A stretch of DNA of 64,000 nucleotides, taken from positions 3,408 through 67,407 of the forward strand of contig CAZRYF010000013.1 of the NCBI GenBank assembly GCA_964604165.1. Direction: 5' to 3'. Source of the DNA: an uncultured Enterobacterales bacterium. GTDB taxonomy: Bacteria; Myxococcota_A; UBA796; CAJQPC01. The notes beneath the pieces were generated by a model. The model was not told the DNA's origin, ran no database searches, and worked only from the letters and a program-made list of their open reading frames with translations. Each line of letters starts with the position of its first letter. The first letter of the stretch is position 1. Of this stretch, positions 7,233 through 15,835 are shown piece by piece. A program made the position numbers and the translations under genes.

Positions 7233-8425
7233 CGCGGGAGAGAGTGGTCGTCACCGGCATGGGGGTCGTGACTCCCTTGGGGGAGGATCTGCCCTCCACG
7301 TGGAAGGCTCTGGTAGCGGGTCGCTCGGGGATAGGGCCCATTCGCCGCTTTGATGCCTCCGGATTCGATGTGACCTTCGCCGCAGAGGTGGACTCACTCC
7401 CGGAGGAAGACCCCGCTTCCCTGAAGGAGCGGCTGGTCTGCGTGGCGCTGGAGGAGGCGATGCGCGGGGCCGGTCCCCTCACCATGGATCCGGCGCGGAT
7501 TGGGGTCTGCCTGGGGTCCGAGTCGGCCCGCCCCTCCCTCTCCGTGGTGGCCCGACGCTATCGAACCGGTGCGCTTCCAACCCTGGCAGATCTGATGCGA
7601 AATGCCGCCTCTGCCCCGACCCAGGCCGTTGCGGAGCGTGTCGGTGCAAAGGGAATAATGTCCACAATATCCACCGCTTGCACGTCTTCCTCCCAGGCTG
7701 TGGGTGAGGGGGCTCTTCGCCTTCGCCGAGAAGAAGCTGACGTGATGATTGTCGGGGGAGTGGACGTGCTGGTGGGGCCCCTGATGTTGACAGGCTTCTC
7801 CTTGCTGGGGGCGCTGTCAACCCGAAACCACGATCCAAGCGGCGCCTCTCGTCCCTTTGATCGGGATCGGGATGGGTTCGTGCTGGGAGAGGGGGCCGGA
7901 ATCCTGGTCTTGGAGAGGGAGTCGGTGGCACGGTCCCGTGGGGCCGAGATCCTGGCTGAAGTCAGTGGATACGGCTGCTCCAGCAATGCCTGGCGCATCA
8001 CCGATTCACCCCCGGACGGGCGCGGCGCAGCGCAGGCCATGGCGCTAGCCCTGCAGGATGCCGGTCTCGCCCCTGAGGATGTGGGGTACATCAACGCGCA
8101 TGGCACCTCGACCCCCATGAACGATCCTTCTGAGACCCGGGGAATCCAGCGGGTCTTCAAGGGGGCCCAGCCATGGGTGTCCTCCACCAAGTCCATGATG
8201 GGGCACCTGGTGGCAGCATGTGGAGCTGTCGAAGCCATTGTTTGTGCCCAGGCAATTCGCACCGGTGTTCTCCCTCCCACCATCAACCTGGACCATCCGG
8301 ACCCCGGCTGTGAGATGCGGCATGTCTCCCCGGGGGCGGTGGAGGAGGCCGTGGACCATGCGCTCACGAATGCCTTTGGATTCGGGGGTTCCAATGGCAG
8401 CCTGGTGATTTCGAGGGCGCCATGA
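7229..8425 (+). CDS. beta-ketoacyl-ACP synthase (FabF/FabB-type KS, catalytic Cys-His-His intact)
   Basis: ATG 7229 overlaps the upstream TGA (ATGA at 7229-7232). The sequence shows RVVVTGMGVVTPLG, active-site STACTSSSQAVG, NAHGTSTPMND and MMGHLVAACG. Confidence 0.9.
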   Translation: MTRERVVVTGMGVVTPLGEDLPSTWKALVAGRSGIGPIRRFDASGFDVTFAAEVDSLPEEDPASLKERLVCVALEEAMRGAGPLTMDPARIGVCLGSESARPSLSVVARRYRTGALPTLADLMRNAASAPTQAVAERVGAKGIMSTISTACTSSSQAVGEGALRLRREEADVMIVGGVDVLVGPLMLTGFSLLGALSTRNHDPSGASRPFDRDRDGFVLGEGAGILVLERESVARSRGAEILAEVSGYGCSSNAWRITDSPPDGRGAAQAMALALQDAGLAPEDVGYINAHGTSTPMNDPSETRGIQRVFKGAQPWVSSTKSMMGHLVAACGAVEAIVCAQAIRTGVLPPTINLDHPDPGCEMRHVSPGAVEEAVDHALTNAFGFGGSNGSLVISRAP

Positions 8426-9303
8426 GCCTCCGGGCACGGGTCACCGCTGTCGAGTTGGTGTGTGCTCTGGGGATGGGTCCGAGGGAGGTGCGGGCCCGCT
8501 TGGTTGCAGGCGAGACCGGGGTGGTGCCCTGCGAGGTGCCTGGATCGCCGGTATCCCACGTGGCGCCCGTTCAGGGACCCTGCCGACCGAACCTCACCCG
8601 TCGGCGGGATCGAAAGCTCTTTTCCCGTTCAGCCACCCTCCTGCTCATGGCGGCGCAGCGGTCCCTGGAAGGTTGGGAAGGAGACCTGGAGACCCTGGGG
8701 CTCTTTGTGGGTGTGCGCCGGGAACCCCCCGACACCGGAGAGGCGGATGCCGCCATCCTTGCCTCTGCAAGCAACGGTCGCCTCTCCAGCTCGCTCCTGG
8801 CCACCGCTGGGCGAGACCTGTACCCGCCTTTGCAGCCACTTCGCACCCTGCCCAACATGGCCCTGGCACACGTGGCGATTCAGCTGGGGATTCGCGGTGA
8901 GTCTGGCGTGTCCGCCGGGGGACCGGCGGCGGGGGTCATGGCGCTGCGGGAGGGAATCGCAGCGGTGGCGGAAGGAAGGTGCTCAGCGGCACTGGTGGGA
9001 GCTGCAGATTCTTGGTTGGAGGAAGGAAGTCTACGAGACTGGGCTCGCCTGGGGCGCACGCCTCCGCCTGGAGAAGCTGCAGTGGTGTTTCGAATTGAGG
9101 CGGGGGATGGCCCGGCGCCCTTGGGCTGGCTGACTCGGGGAGAGGCCGGGGGGGGAGGGGCGGTTGCACCCGCAACACACTGGGACCGGCTGGGACATTG
9201 TGGCGTGGCAGATGCCCTGGTGGGGGCGGTCCTCGGAACGGCTGGAATTCGAGGTGTGGAGACGACCGGCGCCTGGGCGGAAGCACTGTGGCAGAAGGAG
9301 TGA
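8422..9303 (+). CDS. KS-like chain-length-factor-type partner protein (no catalytic Cys)
   Basis: ATGA overlap with the KS stop (8422-8425). It is 293 aa with a KS-N-terminal-like layout (ARVTAVELVCALG..., NMALAHVAIQLGIRGESGVSAGGPAAGVMAL, ALVGAADS), but the Cys position reads SAGGPAAG and there is no HGT or GH block. Confidence 0.65.
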   Translation: MSLRARVTAVELVCALGMGPREVRARLVAGETGVVPCEVPGSPVSHVAPVQGPCRPNLTRRRDRKLFSRSATLLLMAAQRSLEGWEGDLETLGLFVGVRREPPDTGEADAAILASASNGRLSSSLLATAGRDLYPPLQPLRTLPNMALAHVAIQLGIRGESGVSAGGPAAGVMALREGIAAVAEGRCSAALVGAADSWLEEGSLRDWARLGRTPPPGEAAVVFRIEAGDGPAPLGWLTRGEAGGGGAVAPATHWDRLGHCGVADALVGAVLGTAGIRGVETTGAWAEALWQKE

Positions 9304-9316
9304 TAGGCTTTCTCAC

Positions 9317-11725
9317 TTGTTGGAGCCCGGATTGGCCAACCCTGAGATTGTGAGGCAGTTCGAATTTCTGCGCGAGATCGCCTCGGGCGGGTTTGGAAGC
9401 GTGTATCTCACCAAGGTTGTGCATCCGGATGGATTCTCCCGCATCGCTGCGGTGAAGCTCCTGCACCGGCGATGGAGCGAGAACGAGGAGATTGCCCGGA
9501 GAATGCGGGACGAAGCCCGTCTTCTGGGCTGGCTGCGCCACCGGAACATCGTGGACGTCGTGGACCTCACCTCCCTGGATGGAAGGGCGGCCATCATCAT
9601 GGAGTACCTGGAGGCGGTGGACCTCAAGGCTCTTGTGCAGGGCCTCGGTGGGACTGAGAATGCCATGGGCCCGCAGGTCTGCCTGCAGGTCATTGCAGCG
9701 GTTTCTTCCGCCCTGGATGCTGCGTTCAACCGCCCTCCCTTCCCCGGTGAGAAACCTCTTCGTGTCATTCACAGGGACATCAAGCCATCGAACATCATGA
9801 TTGATGACTCGGGGCTGGTGAAGGTGCTGGACTTTGGGGTGGCCCGGGCCGAATTCGACGCCCGGGAGTCGGACACCCGAGAGCTTCAATTCGGCTCGAT
9901 TGACTACATGCCTCCGGAACGGCTGCTGTTTGAACCGGAGAGCCCCCGCTCCGACGTCTACTCCCTGGGCGCGACCTTGTTTGAGATGATCACCACGGAA
10001 AAGCTCGGCAAGGCCAAGGGATCCCCGACCAAGCACGCCGCTTTTCTCGCGGATCGGCTCTCTTTTTTGCGGGCAACCACCGCCGTGTCCGGGCCCGCCG
10101 CGACGGAGCTTGAGGCGATGCTGGTGGAGTGCCTTGCCTATGAAGCGACGGACCGACCCGCTGCGGCCTCCCTCGGCGTTCGCTGCCGTGAGTTGGCTCG
10201 GAAATTTGGTGGGCTCTCGTTGCAGGAGTGGTCGGAGAACAACATTCCACCCCTTTTGGTCATAAGCGCCGAGTCCGGGGACAAGTACAACCCCATGACC
10301 GGCCGGGTGCTCACGGAGGATCGGGTCTCCCTGGGAGGAGACGGCCGCGTGGTGGGACGGGAACAGCCAGAGGCTCGTGTTGGCCAAACCGAAACGCTGC
10401 CCGAATTGTCCAGTGGAGGCCCCCCCACGCTGGCTGAGCTTCGTTCCATTGAGGTGACGGACCTTGGCGGGGCGGTTCTGGGCGACGGTCCCGGCGGGGA
10501 AGACCTGGAAGAGCCCACCCGACTGGATGACCCTGCGGGCCCCAAAGTCGAGGCTGACGAGGCCACGCGGATCGAGCCAGCCGGGTCGGCACCGGAAGAG
10601 GATTGGGAGGATGCAGCCACACGCCTGGAGGACCCAGCAGAGCTCAAGGCGCGCCTGATGGCGGAAATGGGGGACGAGTCGGGCCCAGATTCCACGGAAG
10701 CCGCGGAGCAGGAAACAGAACCCGAGCTCGGGGGCGTCGACGAGCTGCAAATTGTGGAGACAGACAAAGAGGTCAGCGGGCCTGTCTCCAACGTCATGTC
10801 GGAGATCTCTGTTCCCAGGAGTCTGCCGACCCGGCCGGTTGGTTTGGATCCCTCTTTGCCCCTGGCAGTGCCCGGGACTGGCTTGCTTGGACCTGGAATC
10901 GTTGATGGTGCCACTCTGACCGAGGATTCCGACGGAGCAGACGGAGTGGGGGATGGACCCACCCAGATGATGCCGGAGGAGGAGATTCTCGGGCACATTC
11001 CGGAACCTGGAGGAAGCGACCCGACCCGGCTTATGCCCGCTGGGTCGGGTTCGCCCTTGCCCTCCGCACCCGCTCTGCCGTCTGCGCCGCCATCAGCCTC
11101 TCCGCCGCGTTTGGACAAAAGCCCCAGCGAGGCCGGGGGACTGGCCTCCGCGCCGCCCATGCCAGAAGAATCCGCCGCGGGTCTGGGCAGCGAGACCGTG
11201 TTTACGAGCGTTGGGGGAGATGGTCTGACGGATGATGGAACCGACACCACTGTGGTGCACCGTGTGGCAGCTTCCTTTCTGGTGTTTGGCCTCGCCCTGG
11301 CGGTGGGCCTGGGGGCGGGGTCGCTTCTGTTCAAGGAGGAGTTGTTTGGAGCGTCTGGCGTGGTGACGTCCTTGTTCGGGGGCGGGGAAGCCGCGAACGA
11401 GCCGCCTCCACCCGAGGTGGTGGCGCCTCCCGTCGTGCCTCCCCCCGTGGAGGAACCAGTGGAAGAAGACCCCCTCGCGGGCTTCAATGGCACCACGGTG
11501 GCGTTTGAATCCCTGATGGAAGGAACTCGTCGGCTGACCGTGTCCTGTGAGGGCGGCATTCGCGAAAGTGGTCGCACCACGGTGGTGCTTTCTACACCCA
11601 CGGTGACCAGGTGTGTGATCACGGCGCTGGGGGAGGGGGGCGCACGAAAGACTGTAGTGGTGCAAGACATCCGTGCCGGTCTCACCCAGTGCTTCGAGGG
11701 CGGAAAGGCCGCCTGTAGCAGCTGA
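9317..11725 (+). CDS. Hanks-type Ser/Thr protein kinase with long acidic linker, one TM helix and a small Cys-containing extracytoplasmic domain
   Basis: Frame of ORF 9164-11725. The start must lie after the upstream stop at 9303 (TTG 9317 or GTG 9350). Kinase signatures: IASGGFGSVY, AAVKLL, VIHRDIKPSNIM, LDFGVA, DYMPPE. The TM segment AASFLVFGLALAVGLGAGSLLF lies at about 11263-11332. Confidence 0.9.
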   Translation: MLEPGLANPEIVRQFEFLREIASGGFGSVYLTKVVHPDGFSRIAAVKLLHRRWSENEEIARRMRDEARLLGWLRHRNIVDVVDLTSLDGRAAIIMEYLEAVDLKALVQGLGGTENAMGPQVCLQVIAAVSSALDAAFNRPPFPGEKPLRVIHRDIKPSNIMIDDSGLVKVLDFGVARAEFDARESDTRELQFGSIDYMPPERLLFEPESPRSDVYSLGATLFEMITTEKLGKAKGSPTKHAAFLADRLSFLRATTAVSGPAATELEAMLVECLAYEATDRPAAASLGVRCRELARKFGGLSLQEWSENNIPPLLVISAESGDKYNPMTGRVLTEDRVSLGGDGRVVGREQPEARVGQTETLPELSSGGPPTLAELRSIEVTDLGGAVLGDGPGGEDLEEPTRLDDPAGPKVEADEATRIEPAGSAPEEDWEDAATRLEDPAELKARLMAEMGDESGPDSTEAAEQETEPELGGVDELQIVETDKEVSGPVSNVMSEISVPRSLPTRPVGLDPSLPLAVPGTGLLGPGIVDGATLTEDSDGADGVGDGPTQMMPEEEILGHIPEPGGSDPTRLMPAGSGSPLPSAPALPSAPPSASPPRLDKSPSEAGGLASAPPMPEESAAGLGSETVFTSVGGDGLTDDGTDTTVVHRVAASFLVFGLALAVGLGAGSLLFKEELFGASGVVTSLFGGGEAANEPPPPEVVAPPVVPPPVEEPVEEDPLAGFNGTTVAFESLMEGTRRLTVSCEGGIRESGRTTVVLSTPTVTRCVITALGEGGARKTVVVQDIRAGLTQCFEGGKAACSS

Positions 11726-11730
11726 ATCAC

Positions 11731-12942
11731 TTGGACGGCCGGGATGTGGTCGTCACCGGCGTGGGCTCGATCTGCGCGTACGGACGTGGACTGGAGGCTT
11801 TGGCCCAGGGATTGAGAGGCCATCGAACCGGCCTGGGGCCGCTGACAGCGTTTGACCCAGGGGGGCTGCCCATTGCTTGTGCTGCCCAGGTCAACGTGCC
11901 CCTGGAGGGCCACCCGGATCTGCGAGACGATCGAAAGGGCCAGCTGGCACTGGCTGCAGCCCGGGATGCGCTGAAGTCCGCGGGGCTTGAGGAGGCACAG
12001 GGGGCCGGGGTGTGGCTGGGCACCGGGCTTTCGTCTGTCACGCCGGGGGAGCTGGAGGAGGACGTCTTTCCGCACCTTTCGGATCGGGGGTTGGATCGGG
12101 AGGCGGTCTTGGGAGACCTGGCACGGGATCGCGCGGCGCCCTGGCGACACCTGCCCGAGCGGGTCACCGAGTGGGTGGCAGAGGAGTCCGGGGCCCAGGG
12201 GCCGCGGTACACCTCCTTCTCCGCTTGCGCTGCGGGTGCCCAGGCCATCGCTGAGGCATGGAGGGCCGTGCGGCGCGGAGAGGTCGAGGTGGCGCTTTGC
12301 GGAGGACATGACTCCATGATCCACCCCCTCGGGGTGCTTTCCTTCGTGGTGCTGGGTGCGCTCTCCTCTGGGGAGTGCCGACCTTTTGATGTAGGGCGAG
12401 ACGGGTTTGTGATCGGCGAAGGAGCCGCGGTTTTGGTTCTGGAGACCGCACGGCGGGCCCAGGCCCGGGGGGCAAGACCCCTCGCGAGGATTCTCGGGGC
12501 GGGTACGTCGGTGGATGCCTACCAACCCACCGCCCCCCATCCGGAAGGCCGCGGTGCCATCCTGGCTATGGAGCGGGCACTGGCAGATGCCTCCATGGCT
12601 CCCGAGGATGTGGACCACGTGAATGCCCACGGGACGGGCACCCCCCTGGGAGATGGCATCGAGGCCCACGCAGTGTCCCAGGTTCTGGGAAGCGAGGTGC
12701 CAGTCTCTTCCATCAAGGGCGGTCTGGGCCACTGCATTGCCGCGGCCGGGGCCGTGGAGGCGGCGGCCTGCGTGGCAGCCTTGGAAGGGGGTTGGACTCC
12801 CGGAACCCTGGGTCTGAAGTCGCTCGAAGATCTTCCAATTACCGTGCAGGAAGAGCCCAGGGACGACGCCCCCAGGGTCATCCTGTCCAACAGCTTTGGA
12901 TTTGGCGGGCAGAACTGCGCCCTGATCTTGGGTCGGGCCTGA
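11731..12942 (+). CDS. beta-ketoacyl-ACP synthase (second KS, Cys-His-His intact)
   Basis: It starts 5 nt after the kinase stop. The sequence shows [40 protein letters not shown] and [10 protein letters not shown]. Confidence 0.9.
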   Translation: MDGRDVVVTGVGSICAYGRGLEALAQGLRGHRTGLGPLTAFDPGGLPIACAAQVNVPLEGHPDLRDDRKGQLALAAARDALKSAGLEEAQGAGVWLGTGLSSVTPGELEEDVFPHLSDRGLDREAVLGDLARDRAAPWRHLPERVTEWVAEESGAQGPRYTSFSACAAGAQAIAEAWRAVRRGEVEVALCGGHDSMIHPLGVLSFVVLGALSSGECRPFDVGRDGFVIGEGAAVLVLETARRAQARGARPLARILGAGTSVDAYQPTAPHPEGRGAILAMERALADASMAPEDVDHVNAHGTGTPLGDGIEAHAVSQVLGSEVPVSSIKGGLGHCIAAAGAVEAAACVAALEGGWTPGTLGLKSLEDLPITVQEEPRDDAPRVILSNSFGFGGQNCALILGRA

Positions 12943-13061
12943 CATACGTGTCGCGCCCCAGGCGCTTTTCACGTTGTGTTACGGGGTGGTTTGGCGTGAT
13001 TCCAGGTATTTGAGCGGGGGCGCGACCTTTGCGTTGGGTGTTTACAACCCCAGGAGATCCT

Positions 13062-13525
13062 ATGTCCCGCGCTCATTCTCTCTCCACCCTTCCCGTTCTC
13101 GCGTTGCTGCTCGGCTTCACATCAACGGGTGGGTGTCAGAGGAGACCCATGAGAAGATCCCGGACCTGATCCCCGCCGGCATCATCAATGAGCTGACCCG
13201 CCTGGAGATGCGCACCAAGTCGCTGTTGAGTGAGCCCTTGCAGGCTTTGGGCATGGTGGATGCGTTTGACCCCAGCGCGGCTGACTTCGCTGGGATCAGC
13301 GCCGAGCCGGACCTGGTCCTCACGGCGGCGATCCACGAGGCCTTCGTGAAGATCGACGAGGAAGGCACGGAAGCCGCGGCTGCCACCGCCGTGGTGGTGG
13401 GTGCGACCTCCGCTCCCATGATGGAGGAGGTGGTCGTGGACCATCCGTTCCTGTTTCTGGTGAGGGACCGCATCACGGACTCGGTGATCTTCATCGGTCG
13501 CGTGGCCGACCCCAGCGCTGGATAG
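13062..13525 (+). pseudogene. serpin relic (lipoprotein signal peptide out of frame with internally deleted serpin core)
   Basis: ATG 13062 follows AGGAG (13052-13056) and encodes MSRAHSLSTLPVLALLLGFTSTGGC, then stops after 35 codons. A different frame (ORF 12974-13525) carries serpin blocks INGWVSEETHEKIPDLIP and, directly after TRL, the C-terminal part LGMVDAF...IHEAFVKIDEEGTEAAAATAVVVGA...VVVDHPFLFLVRDRITDSVIFIGRVADP. Only about 155 of the expected roughly 400 residues are present. Confidence 0.6.
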
Positions 13526-13595
13526 GTCCCAAAGGGGACCCGGATCTCGCCCCGCCCGCTCCTCTCGGATACCCACCCGGGAGGAGCGGTTGCGT

Positions 13596-14510
13596 ATGTC
13601 AGACGGCTTTGTCTTTTCTGGCCAGGGGAGCCAGTACGTGGGCATGGGGGTCCAGCTGGATCATCCGGCGGCCCGCGAGGCCTTCGCAGAGGCAGACGAC
13701 GCCCTGGGGGAGGACTTGTCCACGCTGTTGCGCGAAGGGCCGATGGAGGCGTTGACATTGACCGAGAACGCCCAGCCGGCAATTCTTGCCCACTCGGTGG
13801 CCTTGTTGCGGGTGCTCGCGGACCTGCACCCCAAGATTCAGCCAACGGTGGCCGCGGGCCACTCCCTGGGGGAGTACTCGGCCCTGGTGGCCGCGGGGGC
13901 CCTGCAATTCCAGGATGCGGTGCGGCTTGTGCGGCTTCGGGGACAAGCCATGCAGGCGGCTGTGCCCGCGGGAATCGGCGGCATGGCCGCCATCATGGGG
14001 TTGGATGCACCTGCCCTGGAGGCCCTGTGCAAGGTGGCCGCCGAGGACGAGGTGGTGGAGGTGGCTGGCCACAACTCTCGGGTCCAGGTGGTGGTGGCAG
14101 GACACCTGGGGGCCCTGGAGCGGTTGATGAAGGCAGCGCGGGAAGCGGGGGCCCGGCGGTGCGCCCCACTGCAGGTCTCGGCACCTTTTCACTGCTCGCT
14201 GCTCGCCCCTGCGGGAGAGGTGCTCTCTGAAGCGCTGGAGAATGTGGAAATTCAACCTCCCCGCTTTCCCGTGTTTCAGAATGCAACAGCCGCCGCAAGC
14301 GATGATCCTGTGGCCATTCGCAAGGCCCTCGTGGACCAGGTCAGCTCACCGGTGCGGTGGGTGGAGTGCGTGGAGGCCATGCAGTCTTTGGGGGTAAGGC
14401 GTTTTCTGGAGCTTGGACCCGGCCGCACCCTGACCGGACTGATCAAGCGGGTGGATCGATCCCTGGAAGCTCTGGCGCTGGATCGCACAGGCACCCTGGA
14501 GGCCCTCTGA
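13596..14510 (+). CDS. fabD: malonyl CoA-ACP transacylase
   Basis: ATG 13596 lies 8 nt after GGAGGAG. The sequence shows FVFSGQGSQYVGMG, GHSLGEYSALVAAG, VRLRGQAMQ and VSAPFHCSLL. Confidence 0.9.
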   Translation: MSDGFVFSGQGSQYVGMGVQLDHPAAREAFAEADDALGEDLSTLLREGPMEALTLTENAQPAILAHSVALLRVLADLHPKIQPTVAAGHSLGEYSALVAAGALQFQDAVRLVRLRGQAMQAAVPAGIGGMAAIMGLDAPALEALCKVAAEDEVVEVAGHNSRVQVVVAGHLGALERLMKAAREAGARRCAPLQVSAPFHCSLLAPAGEVLSEALENVEIQPPRFPVFQNATAAASDDPVAIRKALVDQVSSPVRWVECVEAMQSLGVRRFLELGPGRTLTGLIKRVDRSLEALALDRTGTLEAL

Positions 14511-15334
14511 TGCGCCGGGTCTCCGTGGCGGGTTTGGGTCTGCTTTGTCCGGCGGGCGTGGGACAAGAAGGGGTCGAGGGGGGCCGGCCGGGGGAGGTTC
14601 CCGGCTTTCGGGCGCGTGCCTACATTGAGGACCGAAAGTCTCTCAAGCTCATGAGTCGCGCGGTCAAGCTTGGGGTCAGCGGCGTGCGTCTTGCCCTCGC
14701 AGAGACGCCGGGGTGGGAAGCCGTCCCACCGGAGCGCAGAGCCATGTACGTGGGCATGACGCCGCTGGGGGGGGAAAGTGACGATCTGTTGCCGGCCCTG
14801 GATGCCAGCACGTCGGAAGACGGCACGCTGGACATGTCCCGGTTTGCAGCAGAAGGTGTGCCTTTGATTCACCCCCTCTGGCTGGTCAAGGGTCTGTCCA
14901 ACAACATCCTTGGATTTGCCTGTGCGAACCATGACTTTCAGGGGACCAATGCCTGCTACTGTCAGGGAATCGAGTCGGGCCTTGTGGCGGTGTACGAGGG
15001 CTATCGAGCCGTGGCCGAGAACCGGGCGGACCTTGCGGTAGTGGGGGGCGCCGACTCCTTTCTGGATGCCCAGCCCTTGTTTGCTGGACGACGCATGGGA
15101 GAGGGGGCGGGTTTTCTGGTGTTCCGGGCTGCGCAGGCCGGGGACCGCTGGCAGGTGGAGAATGGGCCCCATGAGAACCCGCCGGTGGAGGAACACCTCT
15201 TGGGGGTGCTGGGAGCAGCCCGCGTGCCGGTGGGGTTGGTGCGTGGCCTCTTGCGTGGCCAGAATACCGGTCTCACCTTGTCAAGGGATTGTGGTCTTTC
15301 AATCTCACAAGCAGACCCGGGTCATTCTCGGTAG
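14510..15334 (+). CDS. KS-N-terminal-like protein (second CLF-type partner, no canonical active site)
   Basis: Frame of ORF 14357-15334. ATG 14510 shares its A with the fabD TGA. It encodes 274 aa: RVSVAGLGLLCPAGVG, IHPLWLVKGLSNNILGFACANHDFQGTNACYCQGIESG, AVVGGADS. There is no HGT or GH block. Confidence 0.6.
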   Translation: MRRVSVAGLGLLCPAGVGQEGVEGGRPGEVPGFRARAYIEDRKSLKLMSRAVKLGVSGVRLALAETPGWEAVPPERRAMYVGMTPLGGESDDLLPALDASTSEDGTLDMSRFAAEGVPLIHPLWLVKGLSNNILGFACANHDFQGTNACYCQGIESGLVAVYEGYRAVAENRADLAVVGGADSFLDAQPLFAGRRMGEGAGFLVFRAAQAGDRWQVENGPHENPPVEEHLLGVLGAARVPVGLVRGLLRGQNTGLTLSRDCGLSISQADPGHSR

Positions 15335-15361
15335 AATCTGCCACTGCACCGCAACAAGGAC

Positions 15362-15835
15362 ATGTACGCAACTGCCCTGTCGCAATCGAAACCAATGACC
15401 GATCCCCAAGACCCTGAAATTTTTCGCGGGGTCCGCGCTGCTTTTGCCGAGGCCTTGGGCCTTGACGATGACGAAGTGGAGTACGACGCCACCATCATCG
15501 AAGAGCTGGGCGCGGAGTCCCTGGACCTCCTGGACATCGTGTTCCGCCTGGAGCGCACCTTCGACATCCGCATACCCCGGGGAGGCGTCGAGGAGGCGGT
15601 GCGTGCTGCCCTGGAGGAAGGGGAGACCCTGGAGACGCATGGCATTCTCACGGAGGTGGGCTTGCGCCGTCTTCGCCTGGCCATGCCCGAGGTACCAGAT
15701 GAGTTCTTCAAGGAGGGACTGAAAACCAGCGAGATTCCGCTGCTCTTTCGGGTCTCGACCTTCTGCCGTCTGGTGGCCGAGCTTCTGGAGGCCAAGCGGG
15801 CCGAGGAGCCCGAAGGTGGTCCTCACCTGGTCTGA
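15362..15835 (+). CDS. acyl carrier protein with a roughly 70-aa C-terminal extension
   Basis: EELGAESLDLLDIVFRLERTF is the phosphopantetheine attachment block (the Ser in ESLD). An alternative start is ATG 15395. The total of 146-157 aa compares with about 80 for ordinary ACPs. Confidence 0.75.
   Translation: MYATALSQSKPMTDPQDPEIFRGVRAAFAEALGLDDDEVEYDATIIEELGAESLDLLDIVFRLERTFDIRIPRGGVEEAVRAALEEGETLETHGILTEVGLRRLRLAMPEVPDEFFKEGLKTSEIPLLFRVSTFCRLVAELLEAKRAEEPEGGPHLV

Noticed and set aside
10138-12972. 944-aa minus-strand ORF, plus the 686-aa ORF at 8936-10996, running antisense to the kinase and KS genes
   Set aside because: The translations are Pro/Arg/Gly/Ser-rich and low-complexity with no recognisable motif. 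The opposite strand carries strongly supported kinase and KS genes. Long stop-free shadow frames are expected at this GC content.
6750-15835. Interpretation of the FabZ-KS-FabD-ACP genes as the housekeeping FAS II operon
   Set aside because: There is no fabH, fabG or fabI. Each KS is paired with a Cys-less truncated CLF-like protein. The ACP is twice the normal length with ESLD instead of the usual DSLD context. A kinase and an AAR-like reductase are embedded in the run.
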